Shown: positions 25,187 through 38,850 of the stretch, one piece after another | How positions within the stretch are numbered: position 1 is the stretch's first letter | Layout: each line of letters opens with the position of its first letter | Origin: Eledone cirrhosa | Taxonomy: Eukaryota | DNA length: 64,000 nucleotides | NCBI GenBank assembly: GCA_964016885.1 | Contig: OZ024763.1 | Span: 28,210,001-28,274,000, forward strand | Direction of reading: 5' to 3' | Notes under the pieces: model-generated | What the model saw: only the letters and a program-made list of their open reading frames with translations | What the model was told of the DNA's origin: nothing | Databases searched by the model: none | Program-made: the position numbers and the translations under genes

Positions 25187-25875
25187 GCTCTCTCTCTTTG
25201 TCGCGCTCTCTCTCTCTCTTCTCTTCTGTGTGTGTCTCTCTTTCTCTTTCGCACTCAATTTCTTACTCTCTCTCTCTCTCCTCTATCTCCTTCAACTTCC
25301 ATTATCAACACCACCACCGCCGCCATTACGATATCACTCGATGACCATCATCACAATCACCACCACCACCACCACCACCACCACCACCACCATCATCATC
25401 ATCACAACCACTACTAACCACACCACACTACCAACCACCAGTACAGCCACAACCACCAGTACAGCCACCACCGCAACCACCATACCAACTACCATCGCAG
25501 CCACTACACGACCCCACAGCCACTGCCACCACTACTACCACCACCACTAAAACCACAACAAACACCACCACAACCACTACAGCCACTACCACCACTACAT
25601 CCACCACCACCACCACTACAGCCTTAACAACCAACGACACTACCACCACTACCACCACCACCACCACTGTCTTACCATTCCATTTTCTCCATGCAATTCT
25701 TATGTCATTCATCCCCCCCACCATCACCACCACACCCGTCTCACGTAATCAATCGATGACAGAACTTTATTCTCCCTTCTCTCTCCTCTCTCACCCCTTC
25801 TCTCTCCTCTCTCTCTCACCCCCTCCACTCACCCCTCCCTCTCCACTCACCCCGCCCTCTCCTCTAACCCCCCCC

Positions 25876-25918
<43 letters not shown>

Positions 25919-25989
25919 AGACATTCCCCTTTACTTTATAGTGGTTTCAGGTATTAGACCGCAGATATGTTGGGACGCAGCTTTGTGTA

Positions 25990-26045
<56 letters not shown>

Positions 26046-26121
26046 ATTATATATATATATATATAAGATAGTTAAAGAGAGAGGGAAAGTGGTGGAAAGA
26101 AGACAGACATAAACAAATCAA

Positions 26122-26164
<43 letters not shown>

Positions 26165-26297
26165 CTTGATTTTTTTTTCATTTCTGTTTTTTTCCCTCAC
26201 TCTCTGTCTCTGTAACCATCTCTCTCTCTCTCTCCACACACATATATATGTGTATATATAGGTCTGTGTTTGTGTGTATATATAGGTGTATATTTAT

Positions 26298-26336
<39 letters not shown>

Positions 26337-26367
26337 CATATATACACTTATATATATATTTATATAG

Positions 26368-26403
<36 letters not shown>

Positions 26404-26442
26404 ATATATCTATCTATATATATACACCTATATATATATATA

Positions 26443-26478
<36 letters not shown>

Positions 26479-26770
26479 TACACTTATATATATATTTATA
26501 TAGGTGTATATATATATATATATATATACCTATATATATATCTATATATATACACCTATATATATATCTCTATATATATACACCTATATATATATCTATA
26601 TATATACACCTATATATATATCTATATATATACACCTATATATATATCTATATATATACACCTATATATATATCTATATATATACACCTATATATATATA
26701 TACATATATACACCTATATATATATATATATATATACACCTATATATATATATATATATATATATACACC

Positions 26771-26802
<32 letters not shown>

Positions 26803-26806
26803 TACA

Positions 26807-26848
<42 letters not shown>

Positions 26849-26853
26849 TACAC

Positions 26854-26887
<34 letters not shown>

Positions 26888-27884
26888 CTATATATATATA
26901 CATACAGACACACACACATTCCTCTCTATATAAACTTCTGTGTCGTTTCTGCAATCCACGTTCCTTCAACAACATCCCCACCACCATCGCCACTACACCC
27001 CCCTTTCTCTCTCTCTCACCCCCATCCACATTCCATCAATACCCCCCCCCCATCCCAACGCCTCCTCTTCCTCCTTCCACCATACTCTCATAGCCAAAGG
27101 CTCTCTACTACACGTGTATTGCGATCATTAGCTTAGATACAGACTGTCTTCCACGGTACTGTTTGTCTTGCCCAATAACTTCCGTAACGACATGCTGATA
27201 GTACAGCCAGCTTTCACCGACATTGACTCTCTCTTTCTCGCTGTCTCTCTCGCTCTTTCTCGCTCTCTCTCTCGCTCTTTCTCGCTGTCTCTCTCGCTCT
27301 TTCTCGCTGTCTCTCTCGCTCTTTCTCGCTCTCTCTCTTTCTTGCTCTCTCTCTCTTTCTCGTTCTCTCTCTCTTTCTCGTTCTCTCTCTCTTTCTCGCG
27401 CTCTTTCTCACTCTCTCTCTTTCTCGCGCTCTCTCTCTTTCTCGTTCTCTCTCTCTTTCTCGCTCTTTCTCACTCTCTCTCTTTCTCGCGCTCTCTCTTT
27501 CTCGTTCTCTCTCTCTCTTTTCGCTCTCTCTCTCTCTCATCGCGCTCTCTCTCTCGCTCTCTCTCGCTCTCTCTCTCGCTTTCTCGCTCTCTCTCTTTCT
27601 CTCGCTGTCTCTCTTTCTCGCTGTCTCTCTTTCTCGCTCTCTCTCTCTCTCACACACACACACACAGTTTCGTTGTTTCTTTCTCTCTCTGTCTCCATCT
27701 CTCTTTCGCTTTCTTTCTATCTCCATCTTTCTCTCTCTCCATCTTTCTCTCTCTCTCTCTCATTTTCTTTCTCTTTCTTTCGCTCTATTTCTTTCTTTCT
27801 CTGTTCGATTAATCTGGAACTTGCTGTTGAAACAGCAAGGGCTCAGTCGTCGTTGCCCTGACTCTTTATAATATATAAGTAAAT

Positions 27885-27921
<37 letters not shown>

Positions 27922-28373
27922 CCAGGTAATCATAGTTGGTTGATCAAGCAAGCAATCGACCGGCTGTGACGTAAACAGTTGTAAGAACTCGACGACGTCA
28001 TGGGTAGCTTAAGCTATTGCATTTATGGTATCAGACGGAGTGTCAATATTCTAAAAAAGAAAATCATCTGTTTATTACATAATTTAATAAACTGAAGATG
28101 TATATGATACCATATATCATATATATATATATATATATATACTTACTTGATAGATGCCACCCCACCTTGTCTGGGGTACAGACAGAGAAAGACCCCTTAA
28201 AACCCCCACATCCCTTTTGGGGTGTTTCACGTTTGAATATGAGCCCTTTTCTTCTAATTCTATATAGGAACATTTTTTTATTAAGTTATGTTCCAGTCTC
28301 CCATATTGATAACGGCAGAGAAAGCGGTTACATCATTGCAAATGCCTCTCTTAAATTCTTGGATTATATACCC

Positions 28374-28411
<38 letters not shown>

Positions 28412-30309
28412 ACACGAACGCACACATATACACACACACATATATATCACCAAGCGTGGTGAACCTAATATAAATGTGTACAATTGCCTCCTGTGTTTTG
28501 TTCATTCATTTTCAGCATATATATGTAAATGCATATATATATGTATATATATATGCATATATTTATATATGTATATATATATATATGTATATAAATATAT
28601 ATTTATATATGTATATATATATATATATATGTATATAAATATATATTTATATATGTATATATATATATATATATGTATATAAATATATGTAGATAAATAT
28701 ATGCATATAAATATATGCATATATTATATATATATATACATATATATAAATTGATTTTTTTATGCCGTCTTTCTTTGCTTCGTTGTCTTACGTTAGTTTC
28801 ATATCCTCCTCCTTCAAAATCTTTCTTGGGATAGGCTGGTAGGCGGTAGGGCAAGATCTAAAATGTAAGATCTAAGATGTAAGATGTTACGGGTAAAGGG
28901 GTGAAATCTCGTATAGTGTTGGAAGAAATCACGTCACGTGATGTGTGAAGAAAATGGTTATTTATTTGCTAACATTCCTCTATAAATTAATTTTTATTTT
29001 CAACCTATTGCCAATATGCCAGAGACGAAAGATTAAAGATTCTCTTCTCTGATGAAAAATAATTTTTGCTTCTGCACACTTCGTTTGTCTTTTTTTCTCT
29101 ATCAAATACACGTTTCCTCATTCTTCGCTTTCATTTCACTTCTTGCTTTCTCTCTTTTTTCTTTTGTTCTCTATCTTTCTTTCTTTCTTGCTTTCTTTCT
29201 CTCTTGCTTTCTTTCATTCTCTCTTGCTTTCTTTCATTCTCTCTTGCTTTCTTTCTTTCTTGCTTTCTTGCTTTCTTGCTTTCTTCCTTTCTTGCTTTCT
29301 TTCATTCTCTCTTTTTTCTTTCTTGCTTCTTCTTTCTTTCTTTCTTTCTTTCTTCTTTCTTCTTTCATTCTCTCTTTCTTTTCTCTCTTTCTTTCTTTCT
29401 CTCTTTCTTTCTTTCTTTCTTTCTTCTTTCTCTCTTTCTTTCTTTCATTCTCTCTTGCTTTCTTTCATTCTCTCTTGCTTTCTTTCTTTCTCTTTCTCTG
29501 TTTCTCTCTATCCTTTCTCATTCTATGTCTTTTTCTCTCTCTCTCTTTCTTTCTTTCACCCACGTTCCTGTCTCTTTCTCTCTATCGTTCATACTTTTTC
29601 ACCAAACTTCTCTCTTCCTCACCCCCCTCTCTCTCCCGTTCGTTCATTCTCTAAACTTCTCTTTCTCTCTCTGTTTTATCCCTTTCTATCTCTCACACAC
29701 TCTCTCTCTCTCTCTCTCTCTCTCTCTACCATTACCATCAAAGGTCTTGTGTCTAAATTAGAAAACATTATTATTATTATTATAGATTATTCCAAATTAC
29801 CCCCCCCCCCCCCCATCCTCCTCACACAACACCACCCTCACCCCCACGCCACACGACCCCTCGCCCCTACACCACACCACACCCGCACAAAGTATCTCTT
29901 AAATAAATGCCGTTCCATTACGCAATAACCGTCAATTCTTCTTCTTCGTCTTCGTCTTTCTTATTCTTCTTGTTTTCTTCTTCATCATCATCATCATCAT
30001 CATCTTCTCGACGTCATTTTATATCTTAAATCTTTAATTGCTAAAACAACAACAACAACAACAACATTTTTATCTTTTATTGTTGTTGTTGTTGTCTCAT
30101 TTGCTCTACGGTTTACCTTAGAATGTCTAGACCGATCGCCACCCGTCAACCAGCCAACGAAACTAACCTAACCACCAACACCACCATCATTACATTCCAC
30201 CCCCTTACCCACCTCCACACACACCTAGTTATGTAATCATCTGACTGTAATAGAAGCGATAATAATAATAATAATGATAATGATTTCTTTCATAACACAA
30301 CTCTGCCAC

Positions 30310-30357
<48 letters not shown>

Positions 30358-30439
30358 TCCTGCCCAACCCATCTCATCTCGCCATTCTCCGATGGGTTAC
30401 CCGAGTGACACACACACCTCAATCAGCCTGACACGTTTC

Positions 30440-30500
30440 CTAAACCGCCCACCCACCCCGGACCATGCGCTCCGCCATTTTCCTCGATTACGTCATATCA
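30440..30500. promoter_or_regulatory. CpG-containing promoter-like motif cluster (GC box, YY1, CRE-like)
   Basis: CCGCCC 30445-30450, CCGCCATTTT 30472-30481, TTACGTCA 30488-30495. Confidence 0.3.
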
Positions 30501-30845
30501 AAAGCAGAAATGAATAAATAAAAATAAAATGAAATATTATAAAAATGAAATATATTTTTAAACCCAAAAAATAAAAAAAAATTGCTATTAACAATGTGAA
30601 AATATATAAAAATAAGATAATAGTAAAATATATATAAATATAAAAATTTAAACATTTGTCAAAAACGTCAAATTTAAGCCTTTGATTAAATTGTGTGTGT
30701 GTTTGATTATTTGTGAGGGTGTGTTTGTTTGAGTGTGTCAATTTAATCGACTTTCCCCTACCCCCAAAATTGCTGGCCTTGTGTGCCTAAATCAGAAATT
30801 ATTATTATTATTATTATTAGGGTCGTGAGGGCAGTGGATTGTCAG

Positions 30846-31080
30846 ATTTCTGATGATTTCCTTCGCATGAAACAGTTCTAGTCCTGTAGAAGCCAAGGCA
30901 TTTTTTCCAATACCAACCCGCCCGTCCCTTCAATCTATCTTATTTCTCATTCTTTCTTCTGATGAAGAACTAGCGTCCGAAACGTTAAGATCCTCTTCCT
31001 GCTATATCAAGCATAAACCTAATATATCCCTTCCGTATACTGTACCGCTTGTGTTGTTATTTCTGTTTACCTTTTACATA
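30846..31080 (+). mobile_element. Element carrying family A and family B hammerheads in tandem
   Basis: CTGATGA at 30850 ..GAAACAG..CTGTA, then CTGATGA at 30959-A-GAAC-TAGC-GTCC-GAAAC-GTT-AAGA, then the family B 3' tail and (TA)n. Confidence 0.7.
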
Positions 31081-31134
31081 CATACATATATATATATATA
31101 TCAGAAAAACCACAAACCCTCCATCTCAATTCTA

Positions 31135-31171
31135 CTTTTGAAAAGCAGAAGAACTGCGAAACCGGTGAAGG
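31135..31171 (+). ncRNA. Decayed minimal hammerhead
   Basis: CTT-TTGAAAA-GCAG-AAGAA-CTGC-GAAA-CCGG-TG-AAG; three core mismatches. Confidence 0.35.
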
Positions 31172-31236
31172 AACCAAATAAATATATATTCTTTTTAAAA
31201 AAAGACTCCAGTTGCATTTTCGATTTCATCTTTTTT

Positions 31237-31278
<42 letters not shown>

Positions 31279-31468
31279 TCAGTGCGTCACTGAGCAATAT
31301 GTATTTGTGTTGGGGGCCCCGAGAGCAGCAAACTGAAGTCTTCCCCGGGGCGGTACAAACTCTAATTACATCACTGTGACCTTGTACCTAAATTAGAAAT
31401 AATAATAATTGTTATTGTTGATGTTATTGTTGCTGTTATTTCTCTTATGTTTAGGCTTATGATTATAA

Positions 31469-31497
31469 TCTTTCTTTTTTTCTTTTTACAGGTAAGT
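31469..31497 (+). other. Candidate recursive splice site (3' splice site immediately followed by a 5' splice site)
   Basis: TCTTTCTTTTTTTCTTTTTACAG|GTAAGT, junction 31491/31492. Confidence 0.5.
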
Positions 31498-31689
31498 GTT
31501 TTACACTCTTAATATAATGGTTATGGATTAAACAACAAAGAAAGGTCAATTACCTCATTGCAATTAAGGTAAAGGTAAATTGTTTCTTTGTCTTTCATTC
31601 TAGCTCTCCATCTGCCCTTTACTCCTCGCTGGATCGTCCTTCCCCATTGCTTCTTGTTTTGTTTTTTTAACGCATATATTTTGGCCGTT

Positions 31690-32345
31690 GTGGAGGTGCA
31701 TGGCTTAGTGGTAAAGGTGTTGGAATTACGATCATAATGTCGTGGGTTCGAGTCCAGGGTTGGGTTGCGTGTTGTGTTCTTGAGCAAAACACTTCATTTC
31801 ACGTTGCTCCAGTGGTAAGGGTGTTGGACTTACGATCATAATGTCATGGGTTCGAGTCCAGGGTTGTGTTGTGTGTTCTTGCACAAAATACTTCATTTCA
31901 CATTGCTACAGTGGTAAGGGTGTTGGATTTACGATCATAATGTCATGGGTTCGAGTCCAGGGTTGTGTTGTGTGTTCTTGCACAAAATACTTCATTTCAC
32001 ATTGCTACAGTGGTAAGGGTGTTGGATTTACGATCATAATGTCATGGGTTCGAGTCCAGGGTTGGGTTGTGTGTTCTTGCACAAAATACTTCATTTCACA
32101 TTGCTACAGTGGTAAGGGTGTTGGACTTACGATCGTAATGTCATGGGTTCGAGTCCAGGGTTGGGTTGTGTATTCTTGCACAAAATACTTCATTTCACAT
32201 TGCTACAGTGGTAAGGGTGTTGGACTTACGATATTAATGCCGTAGGTTCGATTCTTGGATTGGGTTGTGTATTGTGTTCTTGAGCAAAACACTTCATTTC
32301 ACATTGCTACAATATACTCAGCTGAAAAAGAAAATGAGTACCAGT
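31690..32345 (+). mobile_element. CORE-type SINE with an internally amplified head (6 units, 99-bp period)
   Basis: AGTGGTAA at 31707, 31811, 31910, 32009, 32108 and 32207; GGTTCGA B-box in each unit. Confidence 0.85.
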
Positions 32346-32594
32346 AATAACTTGGCAGAGTCGTTAAAATGCCAAGCATTTTAACGACTCTGCCAATTCG
32401 CCACCTCACGGTTTCAATTCTTCTCACAGTGTTCGATTCGGCCCGAGGCTATATAACATACATGTCTCCCATGGGACAAGAATACCCACACAGTCTCTCT
32501 AAAGTCTAAAGTATTTCTCAAGCTCGGAGGCTCATAAGACCAGTGCTTACCTCGGTCTCCGTGGCGTGAAGTGACTGAGAGTACAAGGCATCTA

Positions 32595-32745
32595 TTGACA
32601 GAATCGGAAGAGCGTTTGACAAAATGCTTTGCGCTATTTAGTTACGATTTTCTAAGATCTGAGTTCAAATTCCGCCGAGGTCAACTTTGCCTTTTATCTT
32701 TTCATGGTCGATAAAAAAAAAGTACCAGGCTATTTACAGGGGTCG
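32595..32745 (+). mobile_element. Meta-domain SINE copy (diverged)
   Basis: GAGTTCAAATTCCGCCGAGGTCAACTTTGCC..GGTCGATAAAA..GTACCAG. Confidence 0.75.
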
Positions 32746-33491
32746 CATCTTCCTCTATATCTCGATGTTACATCGCCCCCCCCCCCCTCTCTTTCTGACA
32801 TCGCCGCCCCCCTCTCTTTCTCTCTCTCTCTCGCATCGCCGCCCCCTCTCTTTCTCTCTCTCTCTCGCGCTCCCCTCCTCTCTTTCTCTCTCTCGCACGC
32901 GCTCCTCTCTTCTCTTTCTATCTCTCGTGCTCCTCTCTTCTCTTTCTCTCTCTCGCACGCGCTCCTCTCTCTCTCTCTCTCTCTCTACCTCTTCCTATGT
33001 CTCTTTTTTGGTGGGGGTTGGGGGAATCAACTGCATTCCAATTCTGTTCCCTCGGAGAGAGGGAATCGTCTCAACCAGGTGTAAAAGGTCCATGACACGC
33101 CGTATGTCACTACGCCGCCACTCCCGCTACCCTATTATATCATTATTATCATTAACAATATTATATTTATTAGAATTTTCTTCGTCGTTCTATTTGTCAT
33201 TGTTGTTGTCGTTATTGTTGTTGTTACTATTATCTCTATTCTGGAGTTATTGCTATTTAATCTAAAAAAAAAAAAAAAAAAAAGGAAAATCATTTTATTT
33301 CAAATATTTTTTCTTTCTCTTTCAAAATATAAAGATAAAGACTTTCATTTCACATCACCCGATTGTATAAAAATCTCGTCTATAGGAAAGCAACTTTATT
33401 AAATACCCCTTTCATTTTTCTACCCATTGCTACACCCTAACCCAACCCACCCGTTTCTCTCTCACTCTCTCCACCCTTTCTCTATCTCCAC

Positions 33492-33616
<125 letters not shown>

Positions 33617-33717
33617 ATATATATATATATATATATTCCCTTCTCTCTCTCCCTTTTTATCTCCCTCTCTCTCTCTATATATATATATATCCCTCTCTCT
33701 CTCTATCTATCTCCTCC

Positions 33718-33757
<40 letters not shown>

Positions 33758-35399
33758 CCCTTTCTCTCTCTCCACCACTTTCTTTCTCTCTCCCTTTCTA
33801 TGTACGTATCCTTTTCTCTCTCTCGCCATCCCTTTCTACCCCTTCCCCTCTGTGTAACCCCCCCCCCCCCCATACCCCCACCCCACCCACAACACCTACC
33901 ACTCACAGATCTCTCTTCATTTAAATTTTATATTTTCTCTTTTCTCTTTCCTGAATTAAAATTCGTTTCATTTTATCTTTAAAAAACCAAACCTTGTCAG
34001 CCCCAAAGACATCAACAAAAATTCGAAAAATATTTAAAGTTGAAGTAAAATGACTTCAGACTCATGTTTGTTGCGTTCATTCTTTCGTTCTTTCTTGTCT
34101 TTGTTCTCTCTTTCATTGTCTTTCTCTTTCATTCTTCATTCCTTCCTTCTTGTCTTTGTTCTCTCTTTCATTGTCTTTCTCTCTTTCATTCTTTCTTGGC
34201 TTTGTTCTCTCTTTCATTGTCTTTCTCTCTTTCATTCTTTCTTGGCTTTGTTCTTTTCTCTTTCATTTCTCTATTATTCCAGTCTTTTTCTCTTTCATTC
34301 TTCTTTCATTCCTTCTTGTCTTTGTTCATCTCTTTCTCATTCATTGTATTTCTTCTATTCTTTCTGTCTCCTTTACTATTTCTTCTATTGTTTTTCATTG
34401 TTTTTCCTTTATTCTTAATTTCATTCTTTTACATTCTTTTTTTCTTTCTTTCTGTTTTCTATCCTCACTCCCTCTCTCTCATTCTCTTCCTCTCGCTCTC
34501 GTTCTCTTTCTCACTCTCGTTCTCTTTCTCACACTCGTTTTCTTTCTTTCTTACACTCGTTTTCTTTCTTTCTTACACTCGTTTTCTTTCTCTCTCACAC
34601 TCGTTTTCTTTCTCCCCCTCTCTCTCGTTTTCTTTCTCTCTCTCGCTCGTTTTCTTTCTCTCTCTCTCTCATTTTCTTTCTCTTTCTCGCTCGTTTTCTT
34701 TCTCTTTCTCGCTCATTCTTTTCCTGTCGCTCGTCCTCTCTCCCTAATTGTCTCTCATCTCTTCTCCCTCTCTCTAGAGCTCATCTCGTATGTTTTTCAT
34801 TAACATATTTCTTTCTTTATCTTCAGTCATTCATTCATTCTTTCACAAAAATTCTCTCTCTCTCTATATTTCCTTCCTTCCTTCCTTCCTTTCGTCCATT
34901 AAAAAAAAAATACTTCTGATATTTGCTTTGTTTACATCCTTACACATTCTCAACACCCAACCCAACCCCACCCCACTCCACTTCTGCCCTCCATAAACTC
35001 CTCTCCAACCTTGCCCACAACTGCTCAACCCCCCCCCCCCACTCCTCCTGCCCTCCACAACTCCTCTCCTCTCCAACCTTGCCCACCACTACCCAGTCTC
35101 ACTTATTATAACTCGTTCACTTTATTAAAAATTTGACATTCAGTCGATATTACAGCACTTGCCTTTTGTCTTTGTTGTTGCTGTTGTTAATGTTGTTGTT
35201 GTTGTTTTTGCTGTTGCTGCTGTTGTTGTTTTTGCTGTTGTTGTTGTTTTTGCTGTTGTTGTTGTTTTGCTGTTGTTGTTGTTGTTTTTGCTGGTGTTGT
35301 TGTTGTCTCTGTTGCTGTCGTGTTTTTTTTTTAAAGAATATTTACTGTATTAGATGGAATAACTGTTTGTGTTGGTGGCGACGGTGGGGATAATAACAG

Positions 35400-35430
<31 letters not shown>

Positions 35431-35684
35431 CTTGGGTAGTAAGAGAGTATTATTGTTTACACACACACACATAAATATGAATGTGAGTATATATGTATAT
35501 GTGTGTATGTATATATGCATGTATGTATGTATATATGTATGTATATATGTATATATGTATGTCTGTATGTATGTATGTATGTATATATGTATGTATGTAT
35601 GTATATATGTAGGTATGTATGCATATATGCATATATATGTATATATGCATATATATATATGTATATATGTATGTACGTATATGT

Positions 35685-35724
<40 letters not shown>

Positions 35725-36013
35725 GTATATGTATACATGTGTATACATGTGTGTATATATATATATATATATATGTACGTATATGTATACATGCGTATAT
35801 ATATGTATGTACATATATATATATCTATGTATATATATATACGTATATATATATATATATGTATGTACGTATATGTGTATATAGTATGTATATATATATG
35901 TTTGTACGTATATATGTATGTATGCATATATCTGTATGTACATATATATATGTATGTATGCATATATCTGTATGTACATATATATATGTGTGTATGCATA
36001 TATCTGTATGTAC

Positions 36014-36084
<71 letters not shown>

Positions 36085-36157
36085 ATTAGAATTGTGGTGT
36101 GTTGGGCTGGTGGTGATGGTGAAATTTAATAATATTGTGTAGTAAGGTGTAAATTGC

Positions 36158-36232
<75 letters not shown>

Positions 36233-36577
36233 CATATACACACACATGCACTCATGTATATATGTATGTAGAAATCTATAGACACGCATGAGGAAACGAA
36301 AGAAGCAGGAAGCTTATTGTTTGCTACGGGAAGAAAAGTTTATGAAATTTAGAGAATAAGAAGGGTGAATTCCTCTCTCCCACCTTACACACACCCTCTA
36401 AACCTCACCCCTACCTTACAGCCATTCTCTAAACCCCACCCCACCTTGCAGCCTCTCTCTAAACCCCACACCACCTCACAGTCTCTCTCTCTTTTGTTTT
36501 ATCTCTGTCTCTCTCTCTTCCTTATAAAGAACTTTGGATTTCTTCTTTGATTACCCCCTCTTTTGCCCCGTTCACAT

Positions 36578-36628
<51 letters not shown>

Positions 36629-36639
36629 ATGTATATATA

Positions 36640-36679
<40 letters not shown>

Positions 36680-37056
36680 ATGTATTTATGTATATATGTA
36701 TATATGTATTGATGTAAAAATGTGTATTTATTTATGTATATGTATATATATGTATGTATTTATGTATATATATGTATGTATTTATGTATATATGTGTATG
36801 TATTTATGTATATATATGTATGTACTTATGTATATATATAAATATATGTATGTATTTATGTATATATATAAATATATGTATGTATTTATGTATATATATA
36901 AATATATTTTTGTATATGTATATACATAAATATATATGTATTTATGTATATAAATATATAAGTATTTATGTATGTATGCATATATTTATGTGCGTATACA
37001 TATATTTATTTCTGTATATATGTATTGATGTAAATATGGGTATTTATTTATGTATG

Positions 37057-37094
<38 letters not shown>

Positions 37095-38164
37095 GTGTGT
37101 GTGTGTGTTTATGTATAGATATGTGTGTATTCATGTATATATAAACATTTATGTATGTATACATATATTTGTCTGTACATGTATGTGTATGTATATATAT
37201 ATATGTATGTATGTGTAATCATTTGCTTTCTATTTTATTATTATTGTTATTATCAATATTAAATCTGTATTGAAATTGTGAAACACTTGTAATCTATATA
37301 AGATGTCACGATGACCTCTTAAAATACACCTCTCTCTATATATATACACACACATATGTGTACACCTGTATATATACATATGTATGCATATATACATGTG
37401 TGTATATATTTATAGATTTGTATTGTTCGATTTTAAAAATATATTTTTTATTTTGATTTTTGATTTTGATTTTGATTGTTTTTTTATTATAATTTTCTCT
37501 TTTGTTGCCAAATAATAGTTTAGAGAAAAAAAAACTTTTGTTTAGATGTAATGGGTGATGTGTATGTATATGTAGGGGTGGTGTGAGTATATGTATGTGT
37601 GTGTATATATATATATGTGTGTGTGTGTGGGGGGGGGGTATGTGTATTTGTGTGGTGTGTACGTATATGTGTGGGTGTATGTATATATGGGGCTGTTTGT
37701 ATAATTATGGAGGTGTGTATATATATGTATATGGATGTAGTGTATGTGTATATAAGGGTGTATGTATATGTATATGTATGTGGGTGTATGTATGTATATG
37801 TATGTGGGTGTATGTATATATATGTGGGTGTATGCATACATATGTGTGTGGATATATATATATATATATATGTGTGTGTATGTGTATGTATGTGGGTGTA
37901 TATATATATATATGTGGGGGTGTATATTTATATGTAGAGGGTATTTATGTGTAGTAATGGGAGCCGGGTGCATAGAGGAGAACGTAGTGGGTGGTGTGTG
38001 TGTGTGTGTGTAGCAAAGGGGATGTATGTAGAGGAAGTTTGAAAGAAATGGGGTATATATATATATATAATGTGGAGGGTATTTATGTGTAGTTATTTGA
38101 GTGTGGTTCCTAGTGGAGAACGTAGAAGGGTGGTGTGTGTAGGGGGAGTTTGAAAGAAATGGTG

Positions 38165-38209
<45 letters not shown>

Positions 38210-38382
38210 GAGGGGTATTTATAAGTAGCACAGGGGGTGAATGTAGGGTGGGAGTTTGAAAGAAAATCGGTCGAATACTGAAAGTGAAAGTAGGTTTTAG
38301 CTGATCATTTTAAAATTCAGATGTTTAAACTGAAATCGTTTTTGAAACAATGTTCTGTGCTCCTTTCTTTAAACTCCATCAC

Positions 38383-38850
38383 AAACACCGCCATTACTCA
38401 CCACCCTACACCATCCTACGTCACCCCATATACACTCTTTATAATTTTTACCTCCGCCTTCTCTCTCTCTCTCTCCAAACACCGCCATTACTCACCACCC
38501 TACACCATCCTACGTCACCCCATATATACCCTTTATAATTTTTACCTCCGCCTTCTCTCTCTCTCCAAACACCGCCATTACTCACCACCCTACACCATTC
38601 TACGTCACCCCATATATACTCTTTATAATTTTTACCTCCACCTTCTCTCTCTCTCTCTCTCTCCAAACACCGCCATTAATCACCACCCTACACCATTCTA
38701 CGTCACCCCATATATACTCTATATAATTTTTACCTCCGTCTTCTCTCTCTCTCATTCTCTCCCTCTCTCTCTCCAAACACTGCCATTACTCACCACCCTA
38801 CACCACACCACCCTACACAACACATGCTCTTTATAATTTTTACCTCCACC
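38383..38850. repeat. ~90-110-bp minisatellite, 5 copies
   Basis: AAACAC(C/T)GCCATTA at about 38383, 38477, 38567, 38665 and 38775. Confidence 0.9.

Noticed and set aside
31841-32245. 134-aa ORF with 33-aa Cys-containing repeats
   Set aside because: Translation of the 99-bp SINE-head array
31707-32310. Tandem tRNA gene cluster or CRISPR-like array
   Set aside because: No acceptor stem or cloverleaf, a CORE-like segment follows, and units are near-identical with no unique spacers in a eukaryotic context
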